Shown: positions 19,897-28,743, numbered from the stretch's first letter. The stretch: 64,000 nt of DNA from Chlamydiales bacterium (GCA_022601535.1 JAJACK010000001.1:724893-788892), one strand, 5' to 3'. Program-made: numbers and translations. Notes: generated by a model not told the origin, from the letters alone.

Positions 19897-21939
19897 ATGG
19901 AGTATCCTATTGTCGTTATTGGTGCGGGCTCTGGAGGCTTGGTTGTTGCGATTGGAGCGGCAAAAACAGGCAAACGGGTTCTGTTGATTGAAAAAGGGAA
20001 TTGGGGTGGAGATTGCACCAATTTCGGTTGTATTCCAAGTAAAACACTTATTGCAGCAGCAGCCTATAAAGGGAATAATCCGATGCAACACGTTCGTGAC
20101 GTAGTTGCAACAGTGCGAAAACATGAAGAACCCGATGCACTAAAGGCAAAAGGAGTCGATACATTAGAAGGGGTTGCAACATTTATCGATTCACACACTT
20201 TGAAAGTTGGAGAGCAGATTGTCAAAGGGGAACGTATCGTTATTGCTGCAGGATCTTCACCACTTGTCCCCCCTGTTAAAGGATTGAAAGAAACCCCCTT
20301 TCTCACCAACGAAACAATTTTCTCTCTCGATGCAGTTCCTAAGCGACTTGGAGTGATTGGTGGAGGACCGATAGGGTGTGAACTTGCTCAAGCTTTTGCT
20401 AGGCTAGGGGCTGAGGTGTCTATTATTCACAGAAGTCCTTTTCTTTTAAAAAAAGAAGAACCTGAAGCACAAGCGGTTATTGCAAAGCAGTTGCGCAAAG
20501 AAGGAATTACCCTCCATCTTGACACAGAGCTTGGGTCTGTCGAGCATCGGGAGGGACGGTTTTTTCTCCAAAACCCAACTCTTGAATGTGATCAACTTCT
20601 TGTCTCAATTGGACGAAAACCAAATGTTGAAGAGCTCAATCTCAAAGCTGCAAAGATCCATGGAAATGAAAAAGGGATTCCTGTCGACAGATATGGACGC
20701 ACCAATCAAAAACATATCTTTGCTTTAGGAGATGTGGTTGGCGGACCTCAGTTTACCCATGTTGCAGAAAATCAAGCGCGTACAATTTTACTCTCCCTTC
20801 TTCTGCCGATTAATTTAGGTCTAAATAAACAGTCAATTCCAAGAGTCACCTACACAGATCCAGAAGTGGCAAGTTTTGGAGCACTAGAGAGTGAGGCTGT
20901 TGAAAAGCATGGGAAAGAGGAAGTCTTTGTTTCCAATGTCCCTATGAGTGAAACCGATCGAGCGATCACAGCAGGGCGTACAGAAGGGTTTGTCAAAGTT
21001 GTGACCAAGAAAAAATCGAGTGAAATCCTCGGAGCGACCATCGTAGCTCCAAGAGCAGGTGAGATGCTTACAGAGCTCTCTTTGGCAAAAAAAGAGAAGA
21101 TTCCATTGAAAAAGCTAAGTCAGCTGATTCACCCCTATCCAACATATAATGGGGCGATTAGGCGAGCTGCAGATATTTGGATGACAGAAGTTTTTGTTCC
21201 AAAATTGAAACACCCTTTAAAACATCTTTCGATCCGAAAATACCTTCCGATCATCATTATTGTCGCACTGATGATTGCCGGATATTTTTCCGGTGTATAT
21301 GAATATTTCACTTTTGAGAATCTTAAATCTCAGCATCAAGTCCTCAAAGGGTTTGTTAGTTCTCACCCAATTTTAACACCTCTTTTATTCACCCTTCTCT
21401 ACATCATAGCAACAGCTCTCTCTTTCCCAGGGGGTGCCATCTTGAGTTTGATCGGAGGCTATCTCTTCGATGTTCCTCTTGCAACGATTTATGTTGTTTG
21501 TGGTGCTACAATTGGAGCATCATTGATTTTTCTTGCCGCCCGCTCAGCCCTTGCCGATCTGTTAAAAAGAAAAGCTGGCCCCTTTTTAAAGAAGATGGAA
21601 AATGGGTTTAAAAAAAATGCATGGAGCTACCTTCTTTTTCTCCGCTTTATTCCAGTTTTCCCCTTCTGGCTTGTGAATATCGCCCCTTCGTTTTTCAATG
21701 TCCGCCTTCTCACTTTTGTCTGGACCACTTTCGTCGGGATTATTCCAGGCTCTTACGTCTTTACACAAGCAGGAGCAGGTTTATCAGCTGTTTTTGAAAC
21801 AGGTGAAGAATTTTCTATTGCAAATGTACTGAATGTAGAACTTAGAATTGCACTTGTTGCAATTGCCCTTCTTTCATTGATTCCTATTTTTGTAAAAAAA
21901 ATTATAAAATCTCGAAAGAAAAACATTGAAAATCGATAG
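19897..21939 (+). CDS. fusion protein: class-I pyridine nucleotide-disulfide oxidoreductase plus C-terminal DedA/TVP38 (SNARE-associated) membrane domain
   Basis: The start MEYPIVVIGAGSGG (ATG 19897) is preferred over 19861. Redox-active GGDCTNFGCIPSK and the dimerisation-domain HPYPTY are present. These are followed by about 230 aa of TM helices with a TVP38-like LSFPGGAILSLIGGYLFD...GATIGASLIFLAARS block. Confidence 0.8.
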   Translation: MEYPIVVIGAGSGGLVVAIGAAKTGKRVLLIEKGNWGGDCTNFGCIPSKTLIAAAAYKGNNPMQHVRDVVATVRKHEEPDALKAKGVDTLEGVATFIDSHTLKVGEQIVKGERIVIAAGSSPLVPPVKGLKETPFLTNETIFSLDAVPKRLGVIGGGPIGCELAQAFARLGAEVSIIHRSPFLLKKEEPEAQAVIAKQLRKEGITLHLDTELGSVEHREGRFFLQNPTLECDQLLVSIGRKPNVEELNLKAAKIHGNEKGIPVDRYGRTNQKHIFALGDVVGGPQFTHVAENQARTILLSLLLPINLGLNKQSIPRVTYTDPEVASFGALESEAVEKHGKEEVFVSNVPMSETDRAITAGRTEGFVKVVTKKKSSEILGATIVAPRAGEMLTELSLAKKEKIPLKKLSQLIHPYPTYNGAIRRAADIWMTEVFVPKLKHPLKHLSIRKYLPIIIIVALMIAGYFSGVYEYFTFENLKSQHQVLKGFVSSHPILTPLLFTLLYIIATALSFPGGAILSLIGGYLFDVPLATIYVVCGATIGASLIFLAARSALADLLKRKAGPFLKKMENGFKKNAWSYLLFLRFIPVFPFWLVNIAPSFFNVRLLTFVWTTFVGIIPGSYVFTQAGAGLSAVFETGEEFSIANVLNVELRIALVAIALLSLIPIFVKKIIKSRKKNIENR

Positions 21940-21962
21940 ATTATTCTTTATAATATCCTGAA

Positions 21963-23288
21963 ATGTTTATTGAATTTTTAACTCGCTACAACCAGCTGTT
22001 CACTTTTTATTTGATTTTCCCTGCGATGTTGCTTTTAGGGATTTATCTCTCTGTTCGCCTCCGTTTTCTTCAATTTGGAAAATTAAAAATGGGATTTGCA
22101 CAACTTTTTAAAAAAGAAGAGGGAGGAGAAGGCAATCTTTCACACTATCAAGCAGTTTCTTCTGTTTTAGCTGGAAATTTTGGAACAGGAAATATTTCAG
22201 GGATGGCGATTGCTCTTACGGCAGGAGGGCCAGGGGCGCTTGTTTGGATGTGGATTATGGCTTTCTTTGGCTCAATCATTCAATATTCCAGTTGTTTGCT
22301 TGCCGTTAAATATAGACGTAAAAATCATAAAGGGGAGTATGTCGGAGGGCCGATGTACTATCTCTCTCACCTAGGGTACAAAAAGTTGGCGATCCTCTTC
22401 TCCATTCTTGTCCTTTTTGGAGCACTGGGAGTGGGAATTTTTGCTCAAGTCAACTCAATGACCCTCTCTCTTTCAAGAGTGGGGATTTCTCCTTGGGTGA
22501 CAGCGATTATCATTGCACTTGTCGTTGGAGGAGTCACCTTAGGAGGGATCAAACGGGTTGCCAAAGTTTCTTCAACAATTATTCCACTCATGGCTCTTCT
22601 CTACCTCGGCTCAGCTTTAGTGATTCTTTCTATCCACTCGGCAAGTTTACTTCCAGCTTTTAAGCTCATGTTTGCCTCTGCATTTGGCAAAGGAGCAATT
22701 GTTGGAGGAACACTTGGTTATACGATGATGAAAATGGTCTCAACAGGCTTAGGGCGAGCCCTTTTTGCAACAGATGTAGGAACGGGTTATGTCCCTATTT
22801 TACAAGCAGGAGCAAAAACACGTCATCCTGTTATCGATGGAGTGGTCGCCTTAGTTGCCCCTTTCCTCGTCATGATTGTCTGCACGATTACAGCACTTGT
22901 CTTGATTGTCACAGGAGCATACACTCAACCTGGCCTGCAGAGCACCAACATGATTGTCCACGCCTTTCAAGAAGGAGTGGGTCAAATCTATGGTATTTTT
23001 GTTGTGAATGTTGCGCTTCTTTTATTTGGCTACACAACGATTTTAGCATGGGGCTTATGTTTTGAGCGGGCAATTGGCTACCTTTTTTCAGATCGTTATC
23101 GCCTTCCTTTCCGTCTTCTCTTTATCCTTTTGATCCCCATCGGAGCACTGCTTCGTGTCGACTTTGTTTGGGCTTTTGCAGACTGCACCCTTTCAATGAT
23201 GGCATTTTGCAATCTCGTTGGAGTTTTTGGTTTGACAAAAGAAGTGGTTGCAGATTCCCGTGAGTTTTTTGTACTATCCAAAATATGA
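21963..23288 (+). CDS. sodium:alanine (AGCS family) amino-acid carrier
   Basis: AGCS motif SVLAGNFGTGNISGMAIALTAGGPGALVWMWI. 441 aa polytopic protein. Confidence 0.88.
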   Translation: MFIEFLTRYNQLFTFYLIFPAMLLLGIYLSVRLRFLQFGKLKMGFAQLFKKEEGGEGNLSHYQAVSSVLAGNFGTGNISGMAIALTAGGPGALVWMWIMAFFGSIIQYSSCLLAVKYRRKNHKGEYVGGPMYYLSHLGYKKLAILFSILVLFGALGVGIFAQVNSMTLSLSRVGISPWVTAIIIALVVGGVTLGGIKRVAKVSSTIIPLMALLYLGSALVILSIHSASLLPAFKLMFASAFGKGAIVGGTLGYTMMKMVSTGLGRALFATDVGTGYVPILQAGAKTRHPVIDGVVALVAPFLVMIVCTITALVLIVTGAYTQPGLQSTNMIVHAFQEGVGQIYGIFVVNVALLLFGYTTILAWGLCFERAIGYLFSDRYRLPFRLLFILLIPIGALLRVDFVWAFADCTLSMMAFCNLVGVFGLTKEVVADSREFFVLSKI

Positions 23289-23737
23289 AGCTAGTCAGCC
23301 CTGTCTTTGAAGAAGGAGCAACGATTCCCCGCAAATACACCTGCCAAGGGGATGACACCATTCCGCCTCTGACGATTTCCGACGTCCCTTCTGCTGCTAA
23401 AAGCTTAGCATTGATTGTAGACGACCCAGATGTTCCAGAATCTGTGCGAGCTGATCGGATGTGGGTCCACTGGGTAGTCTTCAATATAGAACCATCGATC
23501 ACTGCAATAGAAGAGGGAAAGGAGCCATTGGGAGTCGCGGGACAAAACAGTGGTGGTGCCAATGTTTACATGGGACCGTGTCCCCCTGATTGCGAGCACC
23601 GCTACTTTTTCAAGCTCTACGCCTTAGATTGCAAACTTTCCCTTGGCGTAGGGACAACTAAAGAAGAGCTTCTTCGTGCTATAAAAGGGCACCTTATTGA
23701 AAAGACGGAGCTTATGGGACGTTATTGTAAAACTTAG
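23285..23737 (+). CDS. YbhB/YbcL-family PEBP (Raf kinase inhibitor-like) protein
   Basis: LALIVDDPDVP and CEHRYFFKLYALD are PEBP signatures. ATGA overlap with the transporter gene. Confidence 0.85.
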   Translation: MKLVSPVFEEGATIPRKYTCQGDDTIPPLTISDVPSAAKSLALIVDDPDVPESVRADRMWVHWVVFNIEPSITAIEEGKEPLGVAGQNSGGANVYMGPCPPDCEHRYFFKLYALDCKLSLGVGTTKEELLRAIKGHLIEKTELMGRYCKT

Positions 23738-23748
23738 GAGGTAGAAAA

Positions 23749-23889
23749 ATGAAAATAATAGTGTATTTAGTGTTGGCATGTGCATGCATAGGGGCATCGG
23801 GTTGTAAAGCAAAAGCGGTGACACCAGCAAGAATAATTCAAGAGTCTAATCCACAAGCTGCTGGTTACGACAATTCAGATAAATCTTAG
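23749..23889 (+). CDS. 46-aa putative secreted/lipoprotein (copy 1), not in ORF track
   Basis: AGGAGG at 23736-23741, then ATG. Protein is MKIIVYLVLACACIGASGCKAKAVTPARIIQESNPQAAGYDNSDKS. Has a signal-like N-terminus with Cys after ASG (weak lipobox). A paralog lies 267 nt downstream. Confidence 0.5.
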   Translation: MKIIVYLVLACACIGASGCKAKAVTPARIIQESNPQAAGYDNSDKS

Positions 23890-23916
23890 ATAAGTTTTTC
23901 TTCTTGAGTCGATAAA

Positions 23917-23960
23917 ACTTTTCGACGGTGGTTCCAGTAGATACCACCGTGGTCGTGTTA
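23917..23960. repeat. relic copy of the 3' end of the SET gene (duplicate of 24223-24266)
   Basis: ACTTTTCGACGGTGGTTCCAGTAGATACCACCGTgGTCGTgTT matches 24223-24266 with 2 mismatches. That target is the antisense of the SET C-terminal ...YDYGGIYWNHRRKV coding sequence. Confidence 0.85.
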
Positions 23961-24015
23961 TTGAAAAGACAGAGATTGTAGAACATTATAATAAAATTTA
24001 AAAAGAGGGGAAAAG

Positions 24016-24156
24016 ATGAAAGTCGTTGTATATTTAATTTTAGGGTTTGCATGTATAGGTGCATGGGGTTGTAAAGCAAAAGCAGAGAAGAAGAAGCCGA
24101 CCGAGCCATACCCAGACCAAGGGATATTAATAGAGAGCTATGGCTATGACGATTAG
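24016..24156 (+). CDS. 46-aa putative secreted/lipoprotein (copy 2), not in ORF track
   Basis: Protein is MKVVVYLILGFACIGAWGCKAKAEKKKPTEPYPDQGILIESYGYDD. Same length and a near-identical first 23 aa as copy 1. GAGGGG lies upstream. Confidence 0.5.
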   Translation: MKVVVYLILGFACIGAWGCKAKAEKKKPTEPYPDQGILIESYGYDD

Positions 24157-24191
24157 ATGAATCATAATCAATCCGTTTGTTTTAGGAAGTT

Positions 24192-24821
24192 TTATTTAAT
24201 TTTTTCTAGTTGAATTGACGAGACTTTTCGACGGTGGTTCCAGTAGATACCACCGTAGTCGTAGTTGAGTTCTTCTCCTACTTTGATTTCTCTTGTCGCC
24301 CGAAAGATGATATGAAAAAGGCCATCGTGGTAGACCGAGAGCGATTCGAGGTTGGGAGTGTCAGCATGGTTGACAAAACGGAGGAGGTTTCCCTCTGCTT
24401 GACTGTCGATTGCAAAGGCCTTCAGAGCAATCCATTCGCGAGGATACATAAAACAATAATCATTGATATTGCGAAAAACAAGGTTGCGGCGGCGGACAAT
24501 TCCCCCATATTCCCCAATAAATTCCCATTTTTTGATCGGTTGATTGGTAAAAAGACCATAACCAATGTCAGGATGGATCCATTTGACCGTTACATCAGGG
24601 ATATAACCTGCATCAAGTGCTTTGCCATGTAAAGTTCCAAGCCAAATAGTGAGTTTATCGATATAGCCCCGTTTGTAAGCCCATTGGCATTTATTCCGGA
24701 GCCATTGCTCTATTTTATAGTTATCACATTGAAGTTTTGGTAGATAACGAAATTGAAAAACTTCTTCAAGTCGTTTTACATCATATTTGCGGAGTTTATG
24801 GCCGTGGTCAACTTTAAAAAT
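24192..24821 (-). CDS. SET-domain protein-lysine methyltransferase (NUE/cpnSET-like); start codon non-canonical or gene disrupted
   Basis: C-terminal NHADTPN and ELNYDYG SET motifs lie in the 85-aa track ORF. The same frame stays open upstream to a TGA at 24825-24827 and encodes GYGLFTNQPIKKWEFIGEYGGIV, the N-terminal half of the SET fold. There is no ATG/GTG/TTG upstream of 24449. ATT at 24819-24821 has GGAG 9 nt upstream. Confidence 0.7.
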   Translation of the reverse strand: MFKVDHGHKLRKYDVKRLEEVFQFRYLPKLQCDNYKIEQWLRNKCQWAYKRGYIDKLTIWLGTLHGKALDAGYIPDVTVKWIHPDIGYGLFTNQPIKKWEFIGEYGGIVRRRNLVFRNINDYCFMYPREWIALKAFAIDSQAEGNLLRFVNHADTPNLESLSVYHDGLFHIIFRATREIKVGEELNYDYGGIYWNHRRKVSSIQLEKIK

Positions 24822-25578
24822 GGATCACTTCTCCAATTTGATCTTGTGGGGCAATAGAAATTGGCACGGCTCCATTGATTCTCTCTTTGACAGATGTAAG
24901 AGCGCGGTCGGGATTGTTGCACTCTTCAGAGAGGTGCGCAAGATGGATATGACGAAGACCGTCATGTAGTACATCAGCAACAAGATCAGCACACATCTCA
25001 TTGGAAAGATGGCCACTTCGGCCAAGAACTCGTTGTTTATAAGTCATTGGGCGGCTACAAGCGTGTACCATTGCCGGCTCATGGTTTGCTTCAACATAGA
25101 GATAGTCACACTCTTTTAGGTGAGAACGAACAAGAGTTGTGGGAAAGCCAAGATCTGTGCAAATTCCGAGTTTTAGATTGTCGAATTTAAGGGTAAAGGC
25201 GACAGGATCAGCAGTATCATGTTGAATGCTAAAAGGGTGAATTTCAATATCTTGAAAGTTGAAGGTTTCACCTGTCTGAAAGATTGTGAATTGAGGACAT
25301 TGGCCGAGTGTGGAGTAAATCCCCTTTGCTGTTTCCATATTGGCAAGGACAGGAATGCCTCGTTTGAGCGCTAGAACTTTCAATCCTTGGATATGGTCTG
25401 AGTGGTCGTGGGAGATGAGAATGGCGTCGATTTCTTCTATTTTGACACCAATTTGAGCCAGTTTCTTTTCCGTTGCCCGTCCACTTAGGCCAGCATCGAT
25501 CAAGATTTTTGTCTTTTCTGTTCCTAAGAAAATGGAATTCCCTTTTGAGCCAGAAGCGAGAGGACAAAACCCAATCAT
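24814..25578 (-). CDS. MBL-fold metallo-hydrolase (YycJ-like)
   Basis: SGSKGNSIFLG...ISHDHSDHIQG (HxHxDH). 254 aa. Lies between ftsK and SET, as for C. trachomatis CT738 (from memory). Confidence 0.88.
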   Translation of the reverse strand: MIGFCPLASGSKGNSIFLGTEKTKILIDAGLSGRATEKKLAQIGVKIEEIDAILISHDHSDHIQGLKVLALKRGIPVLANMETAKGIYSTLGQCPQFTIFQTGETFNFQDIEIHPFSIQHDTADPVAFTLKFDNLKLGICTDLGFPTTLVRSHLKECDYLYVEANHEPAMVHACSRPMTYKQRVLGRSGHLSNEMCADLVADVLHDGLRHIHLAHLSEECNNPDRALTSVKERINGAVPISIAPQDQIGEVIHF

Positions 25579-27794
25579 GTGTTATCGGGGTAGTAGATTT
25601 TACGAGGTTTAGCTCCCTCTGAAGGGCCAATAACACCTCTATCTTCGAGTTGATCCATCAAGCCTGCAGCGCGCGCATATCCCACCTTCAATTTTCTTTG
25701 GATAAACGTTGTCGATGCCGTTCCTGTTTCAAGGACTAAGTTTTTGGCATCATCATAGAGAGCATCACGAGGAGAGCTATCGTCGAGGTCAGAATCGAGG
25801 GGATCGCGGTAAGTGTCGAAGTTGGGGATCAGGTAGTTTGTTGGAGCTTGTGAGCAGATGTAGTGGATCGTCTTGTTGATATCATCATCACGAATGAAGG
25901 CGCCTTGTGCGCGGAGAAGAGAGCTTGTTCCAGGTGGCATAAAGAGGAGATCTCCATTTCCGAGGAGTGATTCAGCACCATTTTCATCGATAATAATCTG
26001 GCTATTGACCCGGCTCGAGACTTTAAAAGCGATACGCGTTGGAAAATTAGCCTTAATAAGACCTGTAATCACTTCGCGAGAGGGGCGCTGAGTAGCTAGG
26101 ATCAGGTGAATTCCAACGGCTCTAGCCATCTGTGCAATCCGTGCAATTGGAGTTTCAATATCACTTGAAGAGATCATCATCAAATCGGCAAGTTCATCGA
26201 TAATCACGACGATAAAGGGCATTTTTTTGGGAATCTCTATATCGAGAGAAGTTTCGAGCTCTTCATTGATTTTGCGTGTATTAAAGCTGTGAATATTGCG
26301 GATTCCAAGCTGCCGAAACATTTCATACCGGCGATCCATCTCTTTGGTCAGCCAGTTGAGGGCAGCGACAGCACCTGCAGGTTCTGTAATCACAGGAGCT
26401 AACATGTGAGGAAGGTGTGTATAAGCAGTCAGCTCCACTTTTTTAGGATCGATCATCACAAGCTTGATCTCATCGGGGCGGGCAGTCATCATGATCGACA
26501 TCACAATCGAATTGATGCAGACCGATTTTCCCGATCCTGTGGCCCCTGCAATAATGAGGTGGGGCATTTTGGCAAGATCAGTCACCACACTTTCCCCATT
26601 TACCATTTTACCAAGAAGGAGAGGGATATGTAATTTTCCCCGGTATTCTTCGAGTAGTTCGCGGAAGCTCACCTCTTGAGGGTAGAGGTTAGGGATCTCA
26701 ATCCCAACAGCAGCTTTACCTGGAATAGGAGCGATAATACGGATCGAACGAGCCTGGAGGTTGAGAGCAAGGTCTTTTTCAAGAGCTTTGATTTTTTGCA
26801 CTTTGACACCAAATGCAGGGTGCACCTCAAAAGAGGTGATCGTAGGGCCACAATGGATATCTCCCACTTTTGCATCGATTCCAAAACTAGAGAGAGTCTC
26901 TTCGAGCACCTCGGCCTGCCGTTTAAGGTCAGAGGTGAGTTGAGACTGGTCAACAGGAGCTATTTCAGTGAGGAGAGAAGAGGGAGGAATTTGATATCCC
27001 TCAAGGGAAGCTTTTATCGGTTGAGGAGGGGGAGGAGGAAGTTCTTTAGATTTTTTTTCTTCAAAGACGTGAACCTTTGCCCTCTTTTTCAAAGGATCTT
27101 CGCGCACAAGAGGAGGAGGCGAATGCACCTCTTCGACAGAAGCAAAAGGACGCTTATTCACCGCAACTGGAGCAAGTCTTGGACGTCGATTTTTCCACGC
27201 ATTGTACACTTTGAGAAGAAGAGGTTTTAAAGAGAGGTTGGTAAAGAGAAGAAAAGAAGTGATAAAAAGAGAGAGAAAAATGCAGAGAGATCCAACTCCA
27301 CCGAGTAGGCGTTGAAAATTGAGTGGAGTGTCACAGTATAGATGGTGGAAGGGAACACCACCTAAATAGTGGCGTAAAGTCGATGGGTCAAAAGCGTAGC
27401 GGTGTGGATAGTAGTTAGAATAGACATAGTCATCGAAAGTAGACGCAAAACCTGTATGGTGATTTGCCATCATCGAAAGAAGGATAGAGAGAGAGAAAAA
27501 GAGAAGAGAAAAAAAGAGAAGTTTTTTACGTGGATTTGGAATCGGTTTTTTAATCATTTGCCGAATCGCCCACCAGCCAATGAAAATCGGAAGTATAAGA
27601 GAAGAAAGGCCAAAGAGGTAGAGCGAAGACCAGCCGATAAGGTGACCAGCATAGCCGAGCCAGTTGTGAAGAGGGTCATCATTGACATAGGTGAGTAAAC
27701 TGACAAAAAGGATCAGTGCACAAACAAGTTGAATAAATCCTCGAAGGATCGGAGAGGGAGGCTGTTTTTTCTTTACAGTTTTCTTCTTACGCAT
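25575..27794 (-). CDS. ftsK: DNA translocase FtsK/SpoIIIE
   Basis: N-terminal TM helices, a Pro-rich linker, the Walker A motif IIAGATGSGKSV, and a C-terminal gamma winged-helix domain (TASTTFIQRKLKVGYARAAGLMDQLE). Confidence 0.95.
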   Translation of the reverse strand: MRKKKTVKKKQPPSPILRGFIQLVCALILFVSLLTYVNDDPLHNWLGYAGHLIGWSSLYLFGLSSLILPIFIGWWAIRQMIKKPIPNPRKKLLFFSLLFFSLSILLSMMANHHTGFASTFDDYVYSNYYPHRYAFDPSTLRHYLGGVPFHHLYCDTPLNFQRLLGGVGSLCIFLSLFITSFLLFTNLSLKPLLLKVYNAWKNRRPRLAPVAVNKRPFASVEEVHSPPPLVREDPLKKRAKVHVFEEKKSKELPPPPPQPIKASLEGYQIPPSSLLTEIAPVDQSQLTSDLKRQAEVLEETLSSFGIDAKVGDIHCGPTITSFEVHPAFGVKVQKIKALEKDLALNLQARSIRIIAPIPGKAAVGIEIPNLYPQEVSFRELLEEYRGKLHIPLLLGKMVNGESVVTDLAKMPHLIIAGATGSGKSVCINSIVMSIMMTARPDEIKLVMIDPKKVELTAYTHLPHMLAPVITEPAGAVAALNWLTKEMDRRYEMFRQLGIRNIHSFNTRKINEELETSLDIEIPKKMPFIVVIIDELADLMMISSSDIETPIARIAQMARAVGIHLILATQRPSREVITGLIKANFPTRIAFKVSSRVNSQIIIDENGAESLLGNGDLLFMPPGTSSLLRAQGAFIRDDDINKTIHYICSQAPTNYLIPNFDTYRDPLDSDLDDSSPRDALYDDAKNLVLETGTASTTFIQRKLKVGYARAAGLMDQLEDRGVIGPSEGAKPRKIYYPDNT

Positions 27795-27823
27795 TTTCCC
27801 CGGAGTTTAACCGGAAATAAATT

Positions 27824-28390
27824 TTAAAGCCAAGCATACTCGGCATTTGAGCCAAGGCCTGTAACTACAAAAAATGTGCCGTTGATATTTTTTCCAATAT
27901 AAAGGGGAGTTCCTGGCGTAAGAGTGAACTGCTTAAAGTCGATGTCCATTGTCAATGTTTGCCCATTGCTTATAAGGAGTTTGAGCGCATATTTAGGAAA
28001 TGAAACGTATTCGTTATGACTACGACCGCAGTAGCAATAGGTTGAGACATATTCAGAGTAATATCCATTTTGGTAGATATCGATAATTTCAGAAACAGTC
28101 AAAGAGTGTTCTCCATAGTCAACAATCGTTGTACGGATCATTTCATTACGTGTTAGATTTTTTACAATGAACTGATGTTTAGCAGAACAGATCTTCACAT
28201 AGATGTCGACAGATTCCCCAGGTTGCCACCTTGCGATTGTTTTCTGATCTTTTGGATGACTTTCCCATGAGCTCCCATCTTGTAGCGTCACAACAAGGCA
28301 GTCACTATAATTAGGGGAGGAGAATCCAATGATTGTTGACTCTCCGTATAGGAAGGGGGATAACGTTAAGAGGAGAAGTAAGAGTTTCAT
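27824..28390 (-). CDS. secreted hypothetical protein
   Basis: The start MKLLLLLLTLSPFLYGES (ATG at 28390) is preferred. The ORF-track extension to 28507 is a translation of the tRNA-His gene. Confidence 0.55.
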   Translation of the reverse strand: MKLLLLLLTLSPFLYGESTIIGFSSPNYSDCLVVTLQDGSSWESHPKDQKTIARWQPGESVDIYVKICSAKHQFIVKNLTRNEMIRTTIVDYGEHSLTVSEIIDIYQNGYYSEYVSTYCYCGRSHNEYVSFPKYALKLLISNGQTLTMDIDFKQFTLTPGTPLYIGKNINGTFFVVTGLGSNAEYAWL

Positions 28391-28415
28391 AAAACCCCTT
28401 GTTATAGATAAAGAG

Positions 28416-28490
28416 GGCGAATGACGGGTCTTGAACCCGCGACCTTCGGAATCACAATCCGACGCTCTAACCAACTGAGCTACATCCGCC
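28416..28490 (-). tRNA. tRNA-His (anticodon GTG)
   Basis: Cloverleaf folded by hand. G-1 pairs with C73, the tRNA-His hallmark. Acceptor stem is GCGGATG/CATTCGC. D arm is GCTC-AGTTGGTTA-GAGC. Anticodon arm is TCGGA-TTGTGAT-TCCGA. T arm is GCGGG-TTCAAGA-CCCGT. CCA is not encoded. Confidence 0.93.
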
Positions 28491-28715
28491 ATAAAATCGA
28501 GGACCATTCTCTACAATCCATGTGTTTGTCGTCAATATTAAAAAAAATAATTGCTATATAGGAAGGGGTGGTTTTGAAGTTTTTTTGGCCTAAAAGAAAA
28601 AAAGTTGAAAAAGCTGTTGTAGTTAAATCCGGGGATTGAGTATGTTGTTGGCTTCCTTCCGATTCGGGAGACCGAAAAAGAGGGAATAGCTTCACCGCTG
28701 AGTGGAGCAGATTGC

Positions 28716-28743
28716 CTTGACAGTGATAATGAGACAGAGTGCA
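28716..28743 (+). other. 5' strand of 16S rRNA processing (RNase III-type) helix
   Basis: CTTGACAGTGATAATGAGACAGAGTGCA is complementary to 30432-30459. That gives 28 bp, including 3 G.U pairs, bracketing the 16S. Confidence 0.75.

Noticed and set aside
23624-24109. Minus-strand ORFs 23624-23830 and 23846-24109, which share the LLLYNPM.L.M string.
   Set aside because: Their similarity is the antisense image of the duplicated plus-strand mini-lipoprotein genes. The plus-strand versions have RBSs and signal-peptide logic.
24234-24632. Plus-strand 132-aa ORF opposite the SET gene.
   Set aside because: It is antisense to a frame encoding canonical SET motifs and has no family resemblance.
28391-28507. 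N-terminal extension of ORF 27824-28507 (MVLDFMADVAQLVRASDCDSEGRGFKTRHSP...).
   Set aside because: This stretch is the antisense translation of the tRNA-His gene. The real protein starts at the signal peptide Met (28390).
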